Positions 60,896 through 64,000 of a stretch of 64,000 bases of DNA are shown here, piece by piece; the stretch's first letter is position 1, and every line of letters starts with the position of its first letter. Source of the stretch: Malacoraja senta (lineage: Eukaryota). Under the pieces are notes generated by a model that was not told the DNA's origin, did no database searches, and saw nothing but the letters and a program-made list of their open reading frames with translations. A program made the position numbers and the translations under genes. The stretch is from NCBI GenBank assembly GCA_038087875.1, contig CM075977.1, positions 84,506,001-84,570,000 on the forward strand. The letters run 5' to 3'.

Positions 60896-63639
60896 CTATA
60901 AAAATGACAAGAGAAACACTTTCACCGTGAATGAAACACATTGGAGAGGAGCACTCAGACACTGAGAAGCTCTGCAACTAATGTAAAGAGGCCCATTGCT
61001 AACTGCAAATGCCAGCATGTGCATTTGTTTGCAAAACAAATAGAAAATGCGAGGAAGGAAATGTATGATCTAATCTCAAAACAAATGGAACATTTGTACT
61101 TTACCATAAAATTCCACGGAAATCCTTTCCAATAGCTACTTAATTCAAACCAACCAAATAACAGGGAATGCACATATGTAACACATTACATAAACCAACT
61201 CTCAGACAGGCTCAGGAAGATAAAGTGAACTAGGAAACTGAAACACATTATTTTGGGCCTTTACAGCATCCACATTATGTGTGTTTTCCAATTAATGCAC
61301 ATTATTGGAGCTTAGAAAAGTAATTAAATCACCCAAGTGTTACAGCTCAGAACAAGGCCATTCAGCCCAAAGACCTAATGCTTGTTCTTTGTAGAGCTAT
61401 GTAGCCCAAAGGCTTGGTCTTTCAGAGCGATTTATTCAGCCCTTTTTCCCCACTCTCCCAAAAGCTCTGAAATATATTTTCCTTCAAAATAATTGCAAAT
61501 TCTCTTTGATTTACTCTGCGTCCACCATCTAGGTAGACTGTGGGTTGATAGAACAGCATCTTGCAATTTCTCTGCACAGCAGGCTCGGAAAACTCATTAT
61601 ATGTGTATTATTGCCCTAACTGTGAATTAACATTTCTAATTGATCAATTTAAATATACTGTTTACAGATGACAGTGTGGTTGCTAGGGCAACATTTGATT
61701 TGGGGCATAGTGTGAAGATAAATAGAAAGCAATTCCCACAGACCAAACATTGAGTTTGGACTTTTACATCAATTGAAGTAGTTGAAGTGGTCCCAGAAAA
61801 ATCATTTGTCATGAGCTGAACAATGCAATCAATCTATAATGTAAATCATAAGGGTATCAACTGTACATTTCACTGATTAGATTAAATTGACAGGTTCAGT
61901 ATTAATAATCAACCATAAATGTAATATAGTCAATTGGAACGTTGGTAATGATTCAAATCAAATTCCTGGCATGTTTGGCATAGTTTCCTTAGACTTGGCA
62001 CTTTTATTTAATGAAAACAATTATAAACAAACTACACATAACAGTTAACATTCCTTTAATATAATATGCAGATACCATGGACATGATGTAGCACACACAC
62101 AAGATACACGTGATGCTTGACCTTTTACGATCATTTGTACTTGTCCTACAGTGCCCTTCTATCGGTGCACTTTCTATTGTTGCTCAAACAGAGATGATTC
62201 TAGGATAAATTAACAACTCTATGTCTGTTCATTGATGTTTTTGATCCAACCAACAACAAACAACTACACTCCATAGGCCAAAAAAGATAAAAGCAGAACA
62301 TTTGGAAAAATTCAGCAAGTTAATCAGGGTTCAAGTTTCAATGACTGTTCATCTCTCTCTACAGAAGCTGCCTCACCTGCTGAAGGCTGCCGGCATTTTC
62401 CATCGTTATTTCAGATATCCAGCTTCTGCAGTTTCTTGTTATTTGAACACATGATAGGAGGCAGTATCTCAGGGATTTTGTTAAAATGTCAAATGTATCC
62501 ATTCTGCACAATCCCATTTCTGCAGCTCCCAGATGATAGTGACTGCTGTCCACAACTTCAACCATACGTATCACTAACCTCCCACTCCTTTGGCTATTAT
62601 GTCTTCTTCGCTATGATGTAGTTCTTGAGTCATTTTGTCCCCCAATATTATTACCATTTCTTTTGCTCTTTGCTCAGGTTACCAGGCTACCTGGTGAAAA
62701 TGGCTCTGCAACATGGTGATGGGACTTTGCATCAAGGGCAGTAGGTTCTCAGTATTTTCAGCCCAGCCAAGTCCCCGTGCTGTTTTCCATCACACCCAAA
62801 CTCTGCTTACCTCCCAGAAATGTAATGTTCCAAACCACATACATATCAGCACAATGCAGCACAAATGTCCAAATTTAAAAAAAATCTGATTATTACAGAA
62901 CTGTGGTACAAAAGAGCAGGAGATATACGTGAAAAAATGCACAAATGTGGAATGTAAATTCCAGACTAAGACAGACTGGTCATATGAGAAGCTAATGCTT
63001 TTTTCGAATACTTACAGAAGACCATTCAGGCCATCAAGTCCAAATTGGTTCTCAGAACACACCCGTTCATTCCATATTCCCATTTATCATCTTGCAGACA
63101 ATATTTTCTCAATGCCATCAGCCCTTCACTACTTTTCCTGCCATCCAGAGGCAAGTTAGCTAAAGTAGCTAAACTACAGTACATCAGTAATCACAGATGT
63201 CAAAATGAAAAAAAAAACATCAATGGTTGAAAGACATTGCTAGGTTATAAATTTAGAAGTACAATAACCACTGCAGAGACCTCTGAGAGACAGACAGTGG
63301 CAACTGCCTCATTTTCATTGCTTGCATAGCACCCAACACCTTGCAGTTGGGAAGAGACCACTCAGTGTAGTCAAAGCCATAACTCAACATCCCCTCTCCC
63401 CATGGGGTTTGAGGGTAAGGTGGAGCTGGGTCTGGAGACCACAACACTGTGAAACCTCTAACACAACACCAACATGCTGGATTGGCTGTGGTCCAGGCCC
63501 ACTGTCTCAACATCCTTCTTGATTCTTAATCTCTAAACCGTGTTTATGGTACTTGGACCCTTTATTACAATGAAAACTTAGGCGCTTCAGTCTAACCCAG
63601 CCATTAACCAGCTTCAGAACTTCAGTGAGATCAATAACC

Positions 63640-63866
63640 CGGTATGGGGGGGAGGCGTCGAGAGAACAAAGAGGGACCCAGCGTGGGGGGCCGCTGAGAA
63701 TGAAGAGGGACCATTGGGTCTAGAGTGAATACTTAGTAACTTTGTTCGTGCCCTATACATGACAACTCTTTGCATACCTTGTGTATGGTATGCATAGTAA
63801 AGAATTTCACTATGACATGTCACATGTCATAATAAAGTATTATTCATTCATTCATTCATTCATTCA
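63640..63866 (+). mobile_element. Retroelement 3' end with (attc)n tail; related tails at ~43310-43455 (+) and ~14100-14170 (-); family not assigned
   Basis: aaagaatttcactatgacatgtcacatgtcataataaagtatt followed by six attc units. Confidence 0.5.
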
Positions 63867-64000
63867 TGGCGTGCACTCTGACAAATTCTTTAACAACTAC
63901 TATTAAATTTGTGTTTACAAAAATTATCTTAAGTGGTATCTTTCTGAGCATCTGGAATAATATTTAGTGATTATAGGTCAGAATTAATATGTTATTTGAC

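Overview
This is eukaryotic genomic DNA from a vertebrate, most likely a cartilaginous fish (skate/ray-like repeat complement: V-SINE/HE1-type SINEs, CR1, L2, L1-clade and Penelope-like elements). It contains the 3' ends of two convergent multi-exon genes. SULF1 (extracellular heparan-sulfate 6-O-endosulfatase) lies on the + strand with six coding exons from 1429 to 22759. SLCO5A1 (OATP5A1) lies on the - strand with six coding exons from 60895 to 36378. All exon boundaries were read by hand and give a continuous frame with GT-AG introns. The main find is that the apparent SULF1 3'UTR hides an uninterrupted 300-codon frame (22729-23630). It is entered in phase when the 34-nt penultimate exon (11950-11983) is skipped, and that exon is flanked by RBFOX/QKI motifs. 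This predicts a splicing switch between a 21-aa tail and a ~300-aa acidic, Ser-Gly/N-glycan-rich, proteoglycan-like tail. Other observations: an AG|GT site just upstream of the microexon; an apparent 1-nt frameshift truncating the SLCO5A1 C-terminus; a twin-primed (5'-inverted) L1 insertion; a family of Penelope-derived short elements with hammerhead-ribozyme cores, hairpins and TSDs; two CR1 copies sharing an extra 3' tail; and Harbinger MITEs. Comparisons with human proteins are from memory, not from a database search. Repeat boundaries are approximate unless a TSD or TIR is quoted.
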